Assembly (NCBI GenBank): GCA_013286465.1
Contig: JABDFR010000007.1
Coordinates: 2,836-66,835 of the forward strand
From: Acidobacteriota bacterium
GTDB taxonomy: Bacteria > Acidobacteriota > Terriglobia > Acidiferrales > UBA7541
Direction: 5' to 3'
Length of the DNA: 64,000 bases
Shown: positions 19,592 through 28,300 of the stretch, piece after piece
How positions within the stretch are numbered: position 1 is the first letter of the stretch
Layout of the letters: each line of letters opens with the position of its first letter
Position numbers and translations under genes: made by a program
Notes under the pieces: model-generated
What the model saw: the letters and a program-made list of their open reading frames with translations, nothing else
Database searches by the model: none
What the model was told of the DNA's origin: nothing

Positions 19592-19684
19592 GTAGCACAG
19601 CCACTCTTGGCTGGGGCTGTTGTCATCGACGTCACTCAACTTAGGCGCGCCTAAATCCGACACAGCCAAGAGTGGCTGTGCTAC
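19592..19684. repeat. REP-C inverted doublet (REPIN-like)
   Basis: GTAGCACAGCCACTCTTGGCTG (19592-19613) and its exact reverse complement (19663-19684) flank a 49-bp spacer. Each arm is itself a hairpin (CACAGCCA nnnn TGGCTGTG). The spacer contains the 14-bp palindrome TTAGGCGCGCCTAA. Confidence 0.8.
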
Positions 19685-19762
19685 GTTGCCGTGCCATTCA
19701 GGAATTTCTCGCGCCGCGTTGCTGGACTCCCTCCCGCGAATTCCTTATTCTCAAATTCTTCG

Positions 19763-20707
19763 ATGGCTAATGCCGTGAAACCCAGCGCACTTCGTCCGGG
19801 AGACGCAATCCGCGTGATTGCCTCCGCCAGTCCCGTCGACGCGGAGCGTTTGCGCGCCGGGATTGCCGAGATCGAAAAACTCGGATTTGTCGCGCGTCAC
19901 AATCCGCGGCTGCTCGAGCGCGATGGATTTTTCGCCGGGAGTACGGAATCCCGCCGCGGCGAATTGATGGACGCTTTGCGCGAGCTGGACACCCGCGCAA
20001 TTTTCTGCGCGCGTGGCGGCTATGGATCCGGCTATCTGATCGATCACTCTGCCGACTGGAATTCATTTCGCGGCTTGGAACGGAAACTCTTCGTCGGGTA
20101 TAGCGACGTCACATTGCTGCAGGTTTTTTTCTGGCAGAAATTTGGTTGGGTTAGTCTGTATGGACCGATGGTTGCAGCAGGATTCGACCATGGAGCCGGG
20201 GCAGCGCACGGCTACGATGCGGCGTCGTTCGCGCACGCAATTTCCGGGACGCTGCACGGGTGGAACATCGATTTGGCCGGAGAGACGCTTGCGCCCGGCC
20301 GAGCCGACGGCGTCTTGCTCGGCGGATGTCTGACGCTCGTTGAGATGACGCTGGGAACGCCGTGGGAATTGGACGCGCGCGGCGCGATTCTGCTGCTCGA
20401 AGATCGAGGGATGAAGCCCTGGCAAGTAGATCGCGCGCTTTTGCATCTTCGCCAAGCGGGCAAATTGAGCGAAATTCGAGGCATCATATTTGGCGATTTT
20501 CCCGATTGCGAGCCGCCAGCCGGCACCGAGACGGTGCGCGATGTCGCGGCGCGCGTCTGCGGCCCGCTCAAAATTCCGGTCGTTTGGGGCGCGCCATTTG
20601 GGCACACGGCGCGGCCGATGCTGACAATTCCTCTGGGAGTGCAAGCGCGATTGATCTCAGAGGGCGCGGGGCGAATCGAGATTCTCGAGCCCGCATGCCG
20701 CGAATGA
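19763..20707 (+). CDS. ldcA: LD-carboxypeptidase (S66, muramoyltetrapeptide carboxypeptidase)
   Basis: Ser nucleophile context VGYSDVTLL, the LLEDRGMKPWQVDR block and FGHT. ATG 19763 gives the canonical N-terminus ..LRPGDAIRVIASASP. Confidence 0.85.
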   Translation: MANAVKPSALRPGDAIRVIASASPVDAERLRAGIAEIEKLGFVARHNPRLLERDGFFAGSTESRRGELMDALRELDTRAIFCARGGYGSGYLIDHSADWNSFRGLERKLFVGYSDVTLLQVFFWQKFGWVSLYGPMVAAGFDHGAGAAHGYDAASFAHAISGTLHGWNIDLAGETLAPGRADGVLLGGCLTLVEMTLGTPWELDARGAILLLEDRGMKPWQVDRALLHLRQAGKLSEIRGIIFGDFPDCEPPAGTETVRDVAARVCGPLKIPVVWGAPFGHTARPMLTIPLGVQARLISEGAGRIEILEPACRE

Positions 20708-20741
20708 ATAGAAAAGCGCTAGGCGAGTAGGGAAGGGATCG

Positions 20742-22184
20742 ATGCTGGGAAATCACATCTCAAGCCGTTCCGGCCACATTCATTTGCTCGGGATCGGCGG
20801 CGCGGCGATGGCGCCGGTCGCCGGAATGCTGAAGGAGCGCGGCTATCATGTCACCGGCTCGGACACGAATGTCTATCCGCCGGCTTCTACGCTGCTCGCG
20901 TCACTCGGAATTCCATACAACGAAGGATTCCGCGCCGAGAATTTAAGGCCTGTGCCCGATTTGGCGGTAATCGGCAACGTGATCGCGCGCGGCAATCCCG
21001 AGCTCGAACACATCCTGGACGAAAAGGTTTCGTATTGCTCGATGGCGGAAATCATCGAAGAATTTTTCATACCGAAGCACAGCTCGATCGTGATCGCCGG
21101 CACGCACGGAAAAACCACGACAACGGCGATGCTGGCTTGGATTTTCCAGGTGGCAGGACGGCGGCCGGATTTTCTCGTCGGCGGTGTCGCGCCGAATTTC
21201 GGCGATCGCAGTTACGGCCTCGGCGGAGGCGAGGAATTCATCATCGAGGGCGATGAATACGAGACCGCCTTTTTCGATCGCGGCCCGAAATTCCTCCATT
21301 ACCATCCTGAGGAATTGATTCTCACCTCGCTCGAATACGATCACGCCGATATTTATCCCGATCTTGCTTCGATCAGCAAACAATTCCGCCTGCTCGTGAA
21401 TCTCGTCCCGCGCCGCGGCCGCATTCTGGTCTGGGGCGAAAGCGAAGAAGTCCTCCGCTGCACGGAAAAAGCATTTTGCCCGGTCGAGACCTACGGCCTC
21501 TCGGGCGAAGGTGATTGGTCGGCCGGCGATTTGCTCTGGGAAGATAATATGACCGCGTTTCGCGTGGCCTTCCGCGGCAAGGAAGTCGCGCGCATTCGCA
21601 CGCCGGTGGCAGGCCGCCACATGATTCTCGATGCCCTCGCAGCCATAGGATTGGCTTACGGCCGCGGAGTGGAATGCGAAGCCATCGAGCAAGCCCTGGC
21701 GACATTCCAAAATGTTCGCAAGCGCATGGAATTCAAGGGCGATGCCGGCGGCGTGACGGTGATCGAAGATTTCGCGCACCATCCTACTGCGATTCGGCTC
21801 ACGCTCGAAGCCGCGCGCACCCGCTGGCCAGGGCGTCGAATTTGGGCGGCCATCGAGCCGCGCTCGAATACCATGCGCCGCAAAGTTTTCGAAAAGGTGC
21901 TTCCCGAAGCGCTGGCGATCGCCGATGCGGCGCTGATCGGCCCGGTGAGCCGCGCCCAACTTTTGAAAGATGAAGACCGCTTTTCTCCCGCAAAAGTAGC
22001 GGAAGATGTGCAGGCGCTGGGACGTCCGGCGCAAGCGTTTGACTCTGCGGAAGAAATCGCCGAATATCTCGCGGCCGAATCGCGGCCGGGGGATGTTGTA
22101 ATGATCATGTCGAATGGCAGCTTCGATGGCTTAAGCGGCAAGCTGCTCGAGAAATTGGCAGCTCATAGTGGAGTTCGCGCGTGA
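20742..22184 (+). CDS. mpl: UDP-N-acetylmuramate:L-alanyl-gamma-D-glutamyl-meso-diaminopimelate ligase
   Basis: HIHLLGIGGAAMAPVAGMLKERGYHVTGSDTNVYPPASTLL closely follows the Mpl N-terminus, and the GTHGKTTTTAM P-loop is present. Confidence 0.9.
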   Translation: MLGNHISSRSGHIHLLGIGGAAMAPVAGMLKERGYHVTGSDTNVYPPASTLLASLGIPYNEGFRAENLRPVPDLAVIGNVIARGNPELEHILDEKVSYCSMAEIIEEFFIPKHSSIVIAGTHGKTTTTAMLAWIFQVAGRRPDFLVGGVAPNFGDRSYGLGGGEEFIIEGDEYETAFFDRGPKFLHYHPEELILTSLEYDHADIYPDLASISKQFRLLVNLVPRRGRILVWGESEEVLRCTEKAFCPVETYGLSGEGDWSAGDLLWEDNMTAFRVAFRGKEVARIRTPVAGRHMILDALAAIGLAYGRGVECEAIEQALATFQNVRKRMEFKGDAGGVTVIEDFAHHPTAIRLTLEAARTRWPGRRIWAAIEPRSNTMRRKVFEKVLPEALAIADAALIGPVSRAQLLKDEDRFSPAKVAEDVQALGRPAQAFDSAEEIAEYLAAESRPGDVVMIMSNGSFDGLSGKLLEKLAAHSGVRA

Positions 22185-23986
22185 TTCGATTCGCGCGCAG
22201 ATTCCTCGTACCACTTATTTTCCTCTTGGCGATCGGAGCGCGGCCCGCGTCCGCCACCATCCATTACACAATTTCTCTTGAACAGCCCGACAAGCACATG
22301 TTCGCGGTGCGGATGGAGATTCCCCAGGCTCCCCTCGGAACCACGGTCGCTTTGCCGGCCTGGAACGCGCTCTACCAGGTGCGCGATTTTTCCTATCGTC
22401 TTCGTGATCTACATGCGGCCCCGGCTGAAAACTCCAATCAATCGGCCGCCTCGCTGCGTCTGATTCCCGTCGATAAGCAGACCTGGACAATCGGGCGCAC
22501 AACCCCCGCATCGGCCGGCGCCTCAGCGGATTTCGTAATCAGCTACGAGATCGAGTGGAACGATCCCGGTCCGTTCAATTCGCAACTCAACGCGCAACAC
22601 GCCTTCGTGAATTTCGCCGAGATTCTGATGTATCTCCCCGAACGCCGCGGCGAAGACACCCAGGTAACCTTCGAGCACGTTCCCGCGGGCTGGCACCTCG
22701 CCGCTGAACTCACTCCCGGGAAAACCGAGAACTCTTTCACCGCCGACAGCTACGATCATCTGGTCGATGCCCCGGTTGAAGCGGGCACATTTTCGCAACT
22801 TGCGTTTGACGAAGCCGGTGCCCACTTTCGCGTAATCATCGACGCAAAAGATTTCAATGCTCCGCAATTCGAAAGCGAACTGCATCGCGTCGTGAAATAC
22901 GAACTGAGCATGATGGGCGGACCGCCATTTCACGAATACACGTTTTTCTTCCACATCGGTCCGTATCTCGAAGTCGGCGGCGGAGGCATGGAGCACTCGA
23001 ATTGCACCGCCATATCCGCCAGCTCCGAACCCGGCGCGATCTCCATCGCCGCTCACGAATTCTTCCACGTCTGGAATGTGAAGCGCATTCGCCCGCAAGC
23101 GCTCGAACCCGTCGATTACACGAAAGAGCAGTACACGCGCGCCCTCTGGTTCTCCGAAGGGCTCACGAGCACGTATGCGTCCTTCGCGCAAGTCCGCGCA
23201 GGCGTCTGGAATGATCGCCAATTTTATGGCGATCTAGCGGATCAATTGCAGCGCCTCGATTCGAGCCCGGCCCGCAAGTGGCAAAGCGTGGAGGAATCAA
23301 GCCTCGATGCCTGGCTCGAAAAGTACGATCCCTACTATTCGCCCGATCGCAGCATCTCGTACTACAACAAGGGCCAAATTTTAGGGGTGCTTCTCGATAT
23401 CGCCATCCGCGACGACACGGACAACAAGAAATCGCTCGACGACGTGATGCGCGGAATGAATGAGCAATTCGCCAAGCGCGGCCGCCTCTACAACGAGAGC
23501 GCCGACATCCGCGCCACGGTGGAGCAAATCGCGGGAAAATCCTTCGAGGAATTCTTCAGCCGCTACGTGAGCGGCGTGGAAGATTTACCCTACGACGATT
23601 TCTTCGCCCGCGCCGGCCTGCGTTTGAATCGCAGCAATCAAACCAAGGCAGATTACGGCTTCCGTTTTGGCCGCGGTCCCGGGTCGAGCTGGATCGTCTC
23701 AGAAATTCTGGCCGGAAGCAGCGCGGAATCCGCCGGCCTGCGCACTGGCGACGAACTCATCCAAATCAACGGGCAGAACATTTCGCCCGCCGTATTTCGC
23801 TGGCTGCGCGAGCGCGTCCCCGGCGACACTCTGCCGCTGAAAATTCGCCGCGACTCGCAGGAGATGGACTTCTCGCTGAAGATGGGCTCGCGCGACGTAA
23901 CGCAATACTCCATCGAAGAAATCGCCAATCCCACGGAAAAGCAGCGCCGCATCCGCGAAGGAATGTTGCGCGGATCGACGAACTGA
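22181..23986 (+). CDS. M61 glycyl aminopeptidase-family metallopeptidase with C-terminal PDZ domain
   Basis: HEFFHVWNVKRIRP (HExxH), a signal peptide and a PDZ-like segment GLRTGDELIQINGQNI. The GTGA start overlaps the mpl stop. Confidence 0.85.
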   Translation: MIRFARRFLVPLIFLLAIGARPASATIHYTISLEQPDKHMFAVRMEIPQAPLGTTVALPAWNALYQVRDFSYRLRDLHAAPAENSNQSAASLRLIPVDKQTWTIGRTTPASAGASADFVISYEIEWNDPGPFNSQLNAQHAFVNFAEILMYLPERRGEDTQVTFEHVPAGWHLAAELTPGKTENSFTADSYDHLVDAPVEAGTFSQLAFDEAGAHFRVIIDAKDFNAPQFESELHRVVKYELSMMGGPPFHEYTFFFHIGPYLEVGGGGMEHSNCTAISASSEPGAISIAAHEFFHVWNVKRIRPQALEPVDYTKEQYTRALWFSEGLTSTYASFAQVRAGVWNDRQFYGDLADQLQRLDSSPARKWQSVEESSLDAWLEKYDPYYSPDRSISYYNKGQILGVLLDIAIRDDTDNKKSLDDVMRGMNEQFAKRGRLYNESADIRATVEQIAGKSFEEFFSRYVSGVEDLPYDDFFARAGLRLNRSNQTKADYGFRFGRGPGSSWIVSEILAGSSAESAGLRTGDELIQINGQNISPAVFRWLRERVPGDTLPLKIRRDSQEMDFSLKMGSRDVTQYSIEEIANPTEKQRRIREGMLRGSTN

Positions 23987-23992
23987 CGCGCG

Positions 23993-24718
23993 ATGATCCG
24001 CACGATCATCGTGATCGTGTATCTTACAATCGCCATTTTCCTAATCCTTCCGTTTTACATTCTCTATAGCGCCATCACCGGCGATCCCAATCCGATGTAT
24101 CAGATCGCCATGAAAGCCCTGCGCCTGGTTTTGAAAATAATCGGGATTCGCGTGCACGTGGAAGGCGTGGAAAATATTCCGGCGCGCACCTGTATTTTCG
24201 TTTCGAATCATGTCAGCAACGTCGATCCGCCGGCTCTGGCGCCCTACATTCCGCGCCGCGTAGCGATTTTGGCCAAGAAGGAAGTTTTTCGCATACCGGT
24301 GCTGGCGACCGCTCTGCGGCAAGCCCGAATTTTACCGGTCGATCGCCGAAATAAAGAAGAGGCTTCCGCCACAGTAGATAAAGCCGTCGAGTATTTGCGC
24401 GACGGAACTTCTTATTTGGTCTTTGCCGAAGGCACGCGCAGCCGCGACGCGCATTTAAAGCCTTTCAAGAATGGCACTTTTGTAATGGCGATCGAAGCGG
24501 GTGTAATGGTCGTTCCGATTTCGCTAGCAGGCACGCAAAATCTGATGCGTAAAGGCGAGTGGTTCATCCGTCCGGGCGAAATGACGGTGCGATTCGGACC
24601 CGCAGTAGATGCGTCAGAATATTCGCAAGATCAAAGGGACGAATTGCGAAAGCGGGTACATGCGTTAGTAGAGGCGGGCCTGCCAGAAGAACAAAGACCA
24701 ATCGACGATTCAAAGTAG
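23993..24718 (+). CDS. plsC: 1-acyl-sn-glycerol-3-phosphate acyltransferase
   Basis: HxxxxD (NHVSNVDP) and FAEGTRS acyltransferase motifs, plus an N-terminal TM helix. Confidence 0.87.
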   Translation: MIRTIIVIVYLTIAIFLILPFYILYSAITGDPNPMYQIAMKALRLVLKIIGIRVHVEGVENIPARTCIFVSNHVSNVDPPALAPYIPRRVAILAKKEVFRIPVLATALRQARILPVDRRNKEEASATVDKAVEYLRDGTSYLVFAEGTRSRDAHLKPFKNGTFVMAIEAGVMVVPISLAGTQNLMRKGEWFIRPGEMTVRFGPAVDASEYSQDQRDELRKRVHALVEAGLPEEQRPIDDSK

Positions 24719-24745
24719 CGCCGGCGTCTCTGCCGGCATCTTACG
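24715..24745 (+). repeat. REP-B element, solo copy
   Basis: GTAGCGCCGGCGTCTCTGCCGGCATCTTACG matches the arms of the 57474-57654 doublet apart from a few substitutions around the hairpin loop. Its GTAG supplies the TAG stop codon of plsC (24716-24718). Confidence 0.7.
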
Positions 24746-24848
24746 ACCACAAGTTTCGCCAAAACCAAGCTCGCCGACGGCCTCGGAACAAACAAAAGGC
24801 AATCTCGTCACTAAGCACAAAATGGCCCACATCTTCTCACGTGTTACT

Positions 24849-24880
24849 CGGGCGGGCGCAGCAAGCCGGCGCCCCTACGG
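24849..24880 (-). repeat. degenerate REP-A-like hairpin
   Basis: The reverse complement reads ccGTAGGGGCGCCGGCTTGCTGCGCCCGCCCG. It keeps GTAGGGGCG and CGCCC motifs but the stem is imperfect. Confidence 0.4.
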
Positions 24881-24928
24881 GAAAAACTTAATTGCCGCCT
24901 AGGATGTCGACACACGGATTCAACTCAG

Positions 24929-25951
24929 TTAAGTCCGCGCCCGCAATCGCGCCACCTCCGCCGTTAATTCGCGCACCTGCTTCTGCAATTCTGGCAAACG
25001 GCTAAATACCGCAATCGATTTCAACCAATTCTTATGCTCGATAATCGGCGAGCCGGAGACCAAAGCTCCAGCAGGAACATCGTTCGGCACACCGCTCTGC
25101 GGAGTAATCACCGCCCCGTCGCCAATCGTCAAATGACCCACAACGCCCACCTGCCCGGTCAGCACGCAGTTCTTGCCCACCTTCGCCGAGCCGGCAATCC
25201 CGACTTGCGCGCAGAGTAATGTGTTCTCCCCAACTTTGACGGCATGCGCGACGTGCACCAAATTGTCGATTTTCGCCCCGTCAGCGATATGCGTTTCGCC
25301 CATCGTCGCGCGATCCAACGTCGAATTGGCCTGAATTTCCACGTCGTTCCCAATTACCGCAATTCCGGTCTGCGGAATTTTGTACCAGCTTCCGTCAGCC
25401 TGCTTGGCGAACCCAAATCCATCGGAACCAACCACCGCCCCATTCTGCAGCGTAACGCGGTCGCCAACGCGCACGCGTTCGCGCACTACGGTATGCGAAT
25501 GCGCCATAAAATCATTGCCAATCTGCGCGCCGCGATAAACCGTAACGAAGCTGTGCAGCACCGCGTTGTCGCCGATATTCACATTCTCGCTGACGACACA
25601 ATATGGCCCGACGTGAGCGTTGGCCCCGATACGCGCCGAGGACGAAATGCTGGCAGTAGGATGAATTCCGGGAGCGTACTTAGGCGCCTGGTGAAAAATG
25701 CTCAGAGCCCGCGCGAAATCCAGATAAGGATTTTGCGAGCGCAGCACGGCCACCGGCATGGGTCCATCGTCCGGTGCCGCAAGAATCGCCGAAGCCTTGG
25801 TATTCGCCACCGAGGCGCGGTAGCGGCGATTGCTGAGAAACGTCAGGTGACCGTGCGCGGCCTCTTCGATGCCGGCCACGTCGGTAATCTCGATCCCCGC
25901 ATCGCCTTCGAGTGCACAACCAAGCCGCTCGGCAAGCTCGCCAAGTTTCAT
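24929..25951 (-). CDS. lpxD: UDP-3-O-(3-hydroxyacyl)glucosamine N-acyltransferase
   Basis: MKLGELAERLG... N-terminus and left-handed beta-helix hexapeptide repeats throughout. Length is 340 aa. Confidence 0.92.
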   Translation of the reverse strand: MKLGELAERLGCALEGDAGIEITDVAGIEEAAHGHLTFLSNRRYRASVANTKASAILAAPDDGPMPVAVLRSQNPYLDFARALSIFHQAPKYAPGIHPTASISSSARIGANAHVGPYCVVSENVNIGDNAVLHSFVTVYRGAQIGNDFMAHSHTVVRERVRVGDRVTLQNGAVVGSDGFGFAKQADGSWYKIPQTGIAVIGNDVEIQANSTLDRATMGETHIADGAKIDNLVHVAHAVKVGENTLLCAQVGIAGSAKVGKNCVLTGQVGVVGHLTIGDGAVITPQSGVPNDVPAGALVSGSPIIEHKNWLKSIAVFSRLPELQKQVRELTAEVARLRART

Positions 25952-26039
25952 TGAACTCTCCCAAACATCCGGCGTTCAATTTACCTCAGTTTGGGGAAAT
26001 GCGGGGCAGAGGGCGAGGACAAGGACGCGGAAGGCCGAG

Positions 26040-26534
26040 CTATTCTTCGAAGAGCTTAGGTTGCGCGGACGCCACAGCAGCAGGACGAGCCAACCGCTTC
26101 GCCGCGCCCACCACTCCCAATACTTTCACCTCAGTCAACGCAGAGCGCGGCACATAAACGCGCGAGCAATTGCCGTGCAGATCCGGCGGGACGAATTGGA
26201 TGCCGCGATCCAGAATCTCCAACAGCTCGTTCACAACGATGCCTTCCAAGGAATCGCCGTCGCGAAATGTCAATCGCAGCCACAAGCCTTCCAGTTTTGG
26301 GCGGCTCAAGAAGGATTTGCGCTCCGGGAGGTAAGTCTGATTGAGGTCATCCACGAAGTAAACCGCCTTAATCTCGTCGGCGGGTACAGCCTGATGCTCG
26401 CCATCAGCCGTCAGGAGGTCGATCGTGTCCGTTCCAGGAAGATCCGCTGGATTCACATATCCTTTGAGCGGTGTCAGGTCCAGCAGGAGTACTACGGCCT
26501 TCTTTCGAGTGGGCGAGCTCGAGCGGGTCTTCAC
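26040..26534 (-). CDS. hypothetical protein with an internal two-fold repeat of a small beta-rich module
   Basis: 164 aa with coding-like composition, co-directional with lpxD. The two halves resemble each other (LLLDLTPLKGYV...IKAVYFV versus LWLRLTFRDGDSLEGIV...VKVLGVV). I recognise no family. Confidence 0.55.
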   Translation of the reverse strand: MKTRSSSPTRKKAVVLLLDLTPLKGYVNPADLPGTDTIDLLTADGEHQAVPADEIKAVYFVDDLNQTYLPERKSFLSRPKLEGLWLRLTFRDGDSLEGIVVNELLEILDRGIQFVPPDLHGNCSRVYVPRSALTEVKVLGVVGAAKRLARPAAVASAQPKLFEE

Positions 26535-26558
26535 TTCAGGCTCAGTTCAGCAGGGTGG

Positions 26559-26587
26559 TTGCGAAACTCACGAGGTTATGTTATCTT
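26559..26587 (+). promoter_or_regulatory. possible sigma70-type promoter for murJ
   Basis: TTGCGA, a 17-nt spacer, then TATCTT, in the AT-richer divergent spacer ~60 nt upstream of TTG 26648. Confidence 0.3.
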
Positions 26588-26647
26588 TATCGGCACTTAT
26601 TGTCAAGTTGTTGGTGATAAAAGGGTTAGCAACGGAGAACCGCGCGA

Positions 26648-28267
26648 TTGACCGAACACCGGCAGGTCCTGCAATCCGCCTCAACCATCACTTTAGCCAC
26701 AGTTATCAGCCGTATTCTCGGATACTTACGGGATCAACGCATCACCCTTCTACTCGGTACCTCTGTAGCTGCAGACTCCTTCATCCTGGCCTTTCGCATT
26801 CCCAATTTGCTACGCCGGCTGATCGGTGAAGGGGCGGTAAGCGCGGCTTTCATTCCAGTCTTTACCGGTTACCTGGGAAAAAAGTCAAAACGGGAAATTT
26901 GGGAGTTCGCCGACCGGGCTTTTTGGGCCCTGTTTCTGATTCTGGCCCCGATTGCCATTTTGGGTGTGATTTTCTCGCGGCAGCTGATCGACATGTTCAC
27001 ACTACTCGGCGCCAATCATAAGGATTGGGGCTTCGCGGTCTATCTCAATCGCATCATTTTTCCGTACGTGCTCTTTATAGGCCTCGCCGCGTTGGCGATG
27101 GGTGTTCTTAACAGCTTGCGGGTTTTTGGCCTGCCCGCCTCGACCCCGATCATTTTCAATTTGACTTTGATCGTGTTTTCGACAGCGATCATCTACCGCC
27201 CGGTGATGAATTGGGCCCCGGCAGGGTACCGGAATCCAGCGGTCGCGCTGGCGGTAGGGGTTCTCGTTGGGGGCGCGCTGCAGTTTTTCATGCAAGTGCC
27301 GGCGCTGGTGCGTCGCGGCATGCGCTTCCGGTTTCATCCTTCGTTAGAAGATCCCGGCGTCCGCAGCGTCGGACGCTTGTTGCTGCCGGCATTTCTGGGG
27401 GCGGGCCTGTATCAAATCAATTTTTTCATCAATACGATTTTTGCGATGTCGCCGAAAATGCCGGCGGGCAGCATTACTTCGCTTTACGTCGCAGATCGGG
27501 TAGTCGAGCTGGTGCTGGGCAGCTTCGCCATCGCGATTTCAACGGCGCTCTTGCCCACGCTCTCGCAGCAAGCGCACGAGCAGCGATTCCCGGACATGAC
27601 CGCAACGTTTGGATTTGCCCTGCGTGTAGTCTCGTTCGTCACGCTGCCCGCCGCGGCCGGATTGATTCTGCTGCGGGAGCCAATAGTGCGAGTGCTCTTC
27701 CAACACGGAAGATTCGAAGCCAATTCGACGGCACTCACCCTGCGCCCTCTACTTTTCTATTCACTCGGCTTGCCGGCCTTCGCCGCGGTGAAGTTGCTAG
27801 TGCCTGTATTTTACTCGCTGCAAGATACAGTCACGCCGGTGCGCGTAGCGGCGATCGCTCTGGGCGTGAATATCGCAGGAAATGTGATCTTTTTGCACTG
27901 GCTGTGGCGATCGCTCTCGAATGGCGGCCCGGCGTTGGCCACATCGCTCGCGGCGTACGTGAATATAGGGGCTCTCTTCGTAATTTTCCGGCGGCGTTTC
28001 GGACGAGTCGGCGGCTGGGCGCTGCTTGGTTCGTTTGCGCGCACCTTCGGCTGTGTGTTCGCCATGTCGGTAGCGTGCTTCGGCATGCTCCGCTGGGTGA
28101 ATTTCGATTCCTTGCACCGCTATTTGGTCCAGGCGGGAATGCTAGCGGGAATGATCGCGGTGTCCGTAGGAATTTACCTGCTCGCAGCGCGTGCGCTGGG
28201 CTGCGAGGAACTTGAGGAAGTGATTGGCTACGTGCGCAATGTTGCGGGCGCGCGAAGTACGGCGTAA
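26648..28267 (+). CDS. murJ: lipid II flippase MurJ
   Basis: SRILGYLRDQRITLLLGTSVAADSFILAFRIPNLLRRLIGEGAVSAAFIPVF is the MurJ N-terminal signature. Length is 539 aa and the protein is polytopic. Confidence 0.92.
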   Translation: MTEHRQVLQSASTITLATVISRILGYLRDQRITLLLGTSVAADSFILAFRIPNLLRRLIGEGAVSAAFIPVFTGYLGKKSKREIWEFADRAFWALFLILAPIAILGVIFSRQLIDMFTLLGANHKDWGFAVYLNRIIFPYVLFIGLAALAMGVLNSLRVFGLPASTPIIFNLTLIVFSTAIIYRPVMNWAPAGYRNPAVALAVGVLVGGALQFFMQVPALVRRGMRFRFHPSLEDPGVRSVGRLLLPAFLGAGLYQINFFINTIFAMSPKMPAGSITSLYVADRVVELVLGSFAIAISTALLPTLSQQAHEQRFPDMTATFGFALRVVSFVTLPAAAGLILLREPIVRVLFQHGRFEANSTALTLRPLLFYSLGLPAFAAVKLLVPVFYSLQDTVTPVRVAAIALGVNIAGNVIFLHWLWRSLSNGGPALATSLAAYVNIGALFVIFRRRFGRVGGWALLGSFARTFGCVFAMSVACFGMLRWVNFDSLHRYLVQAGMLAGMIAVSVGIYLLAARALGCEELEEVIGYVRNVAGARSTA

Positions 28268-28300
28268 AGCAGGGAAGCGGCCGAGAATTTCTGCCCTGCG

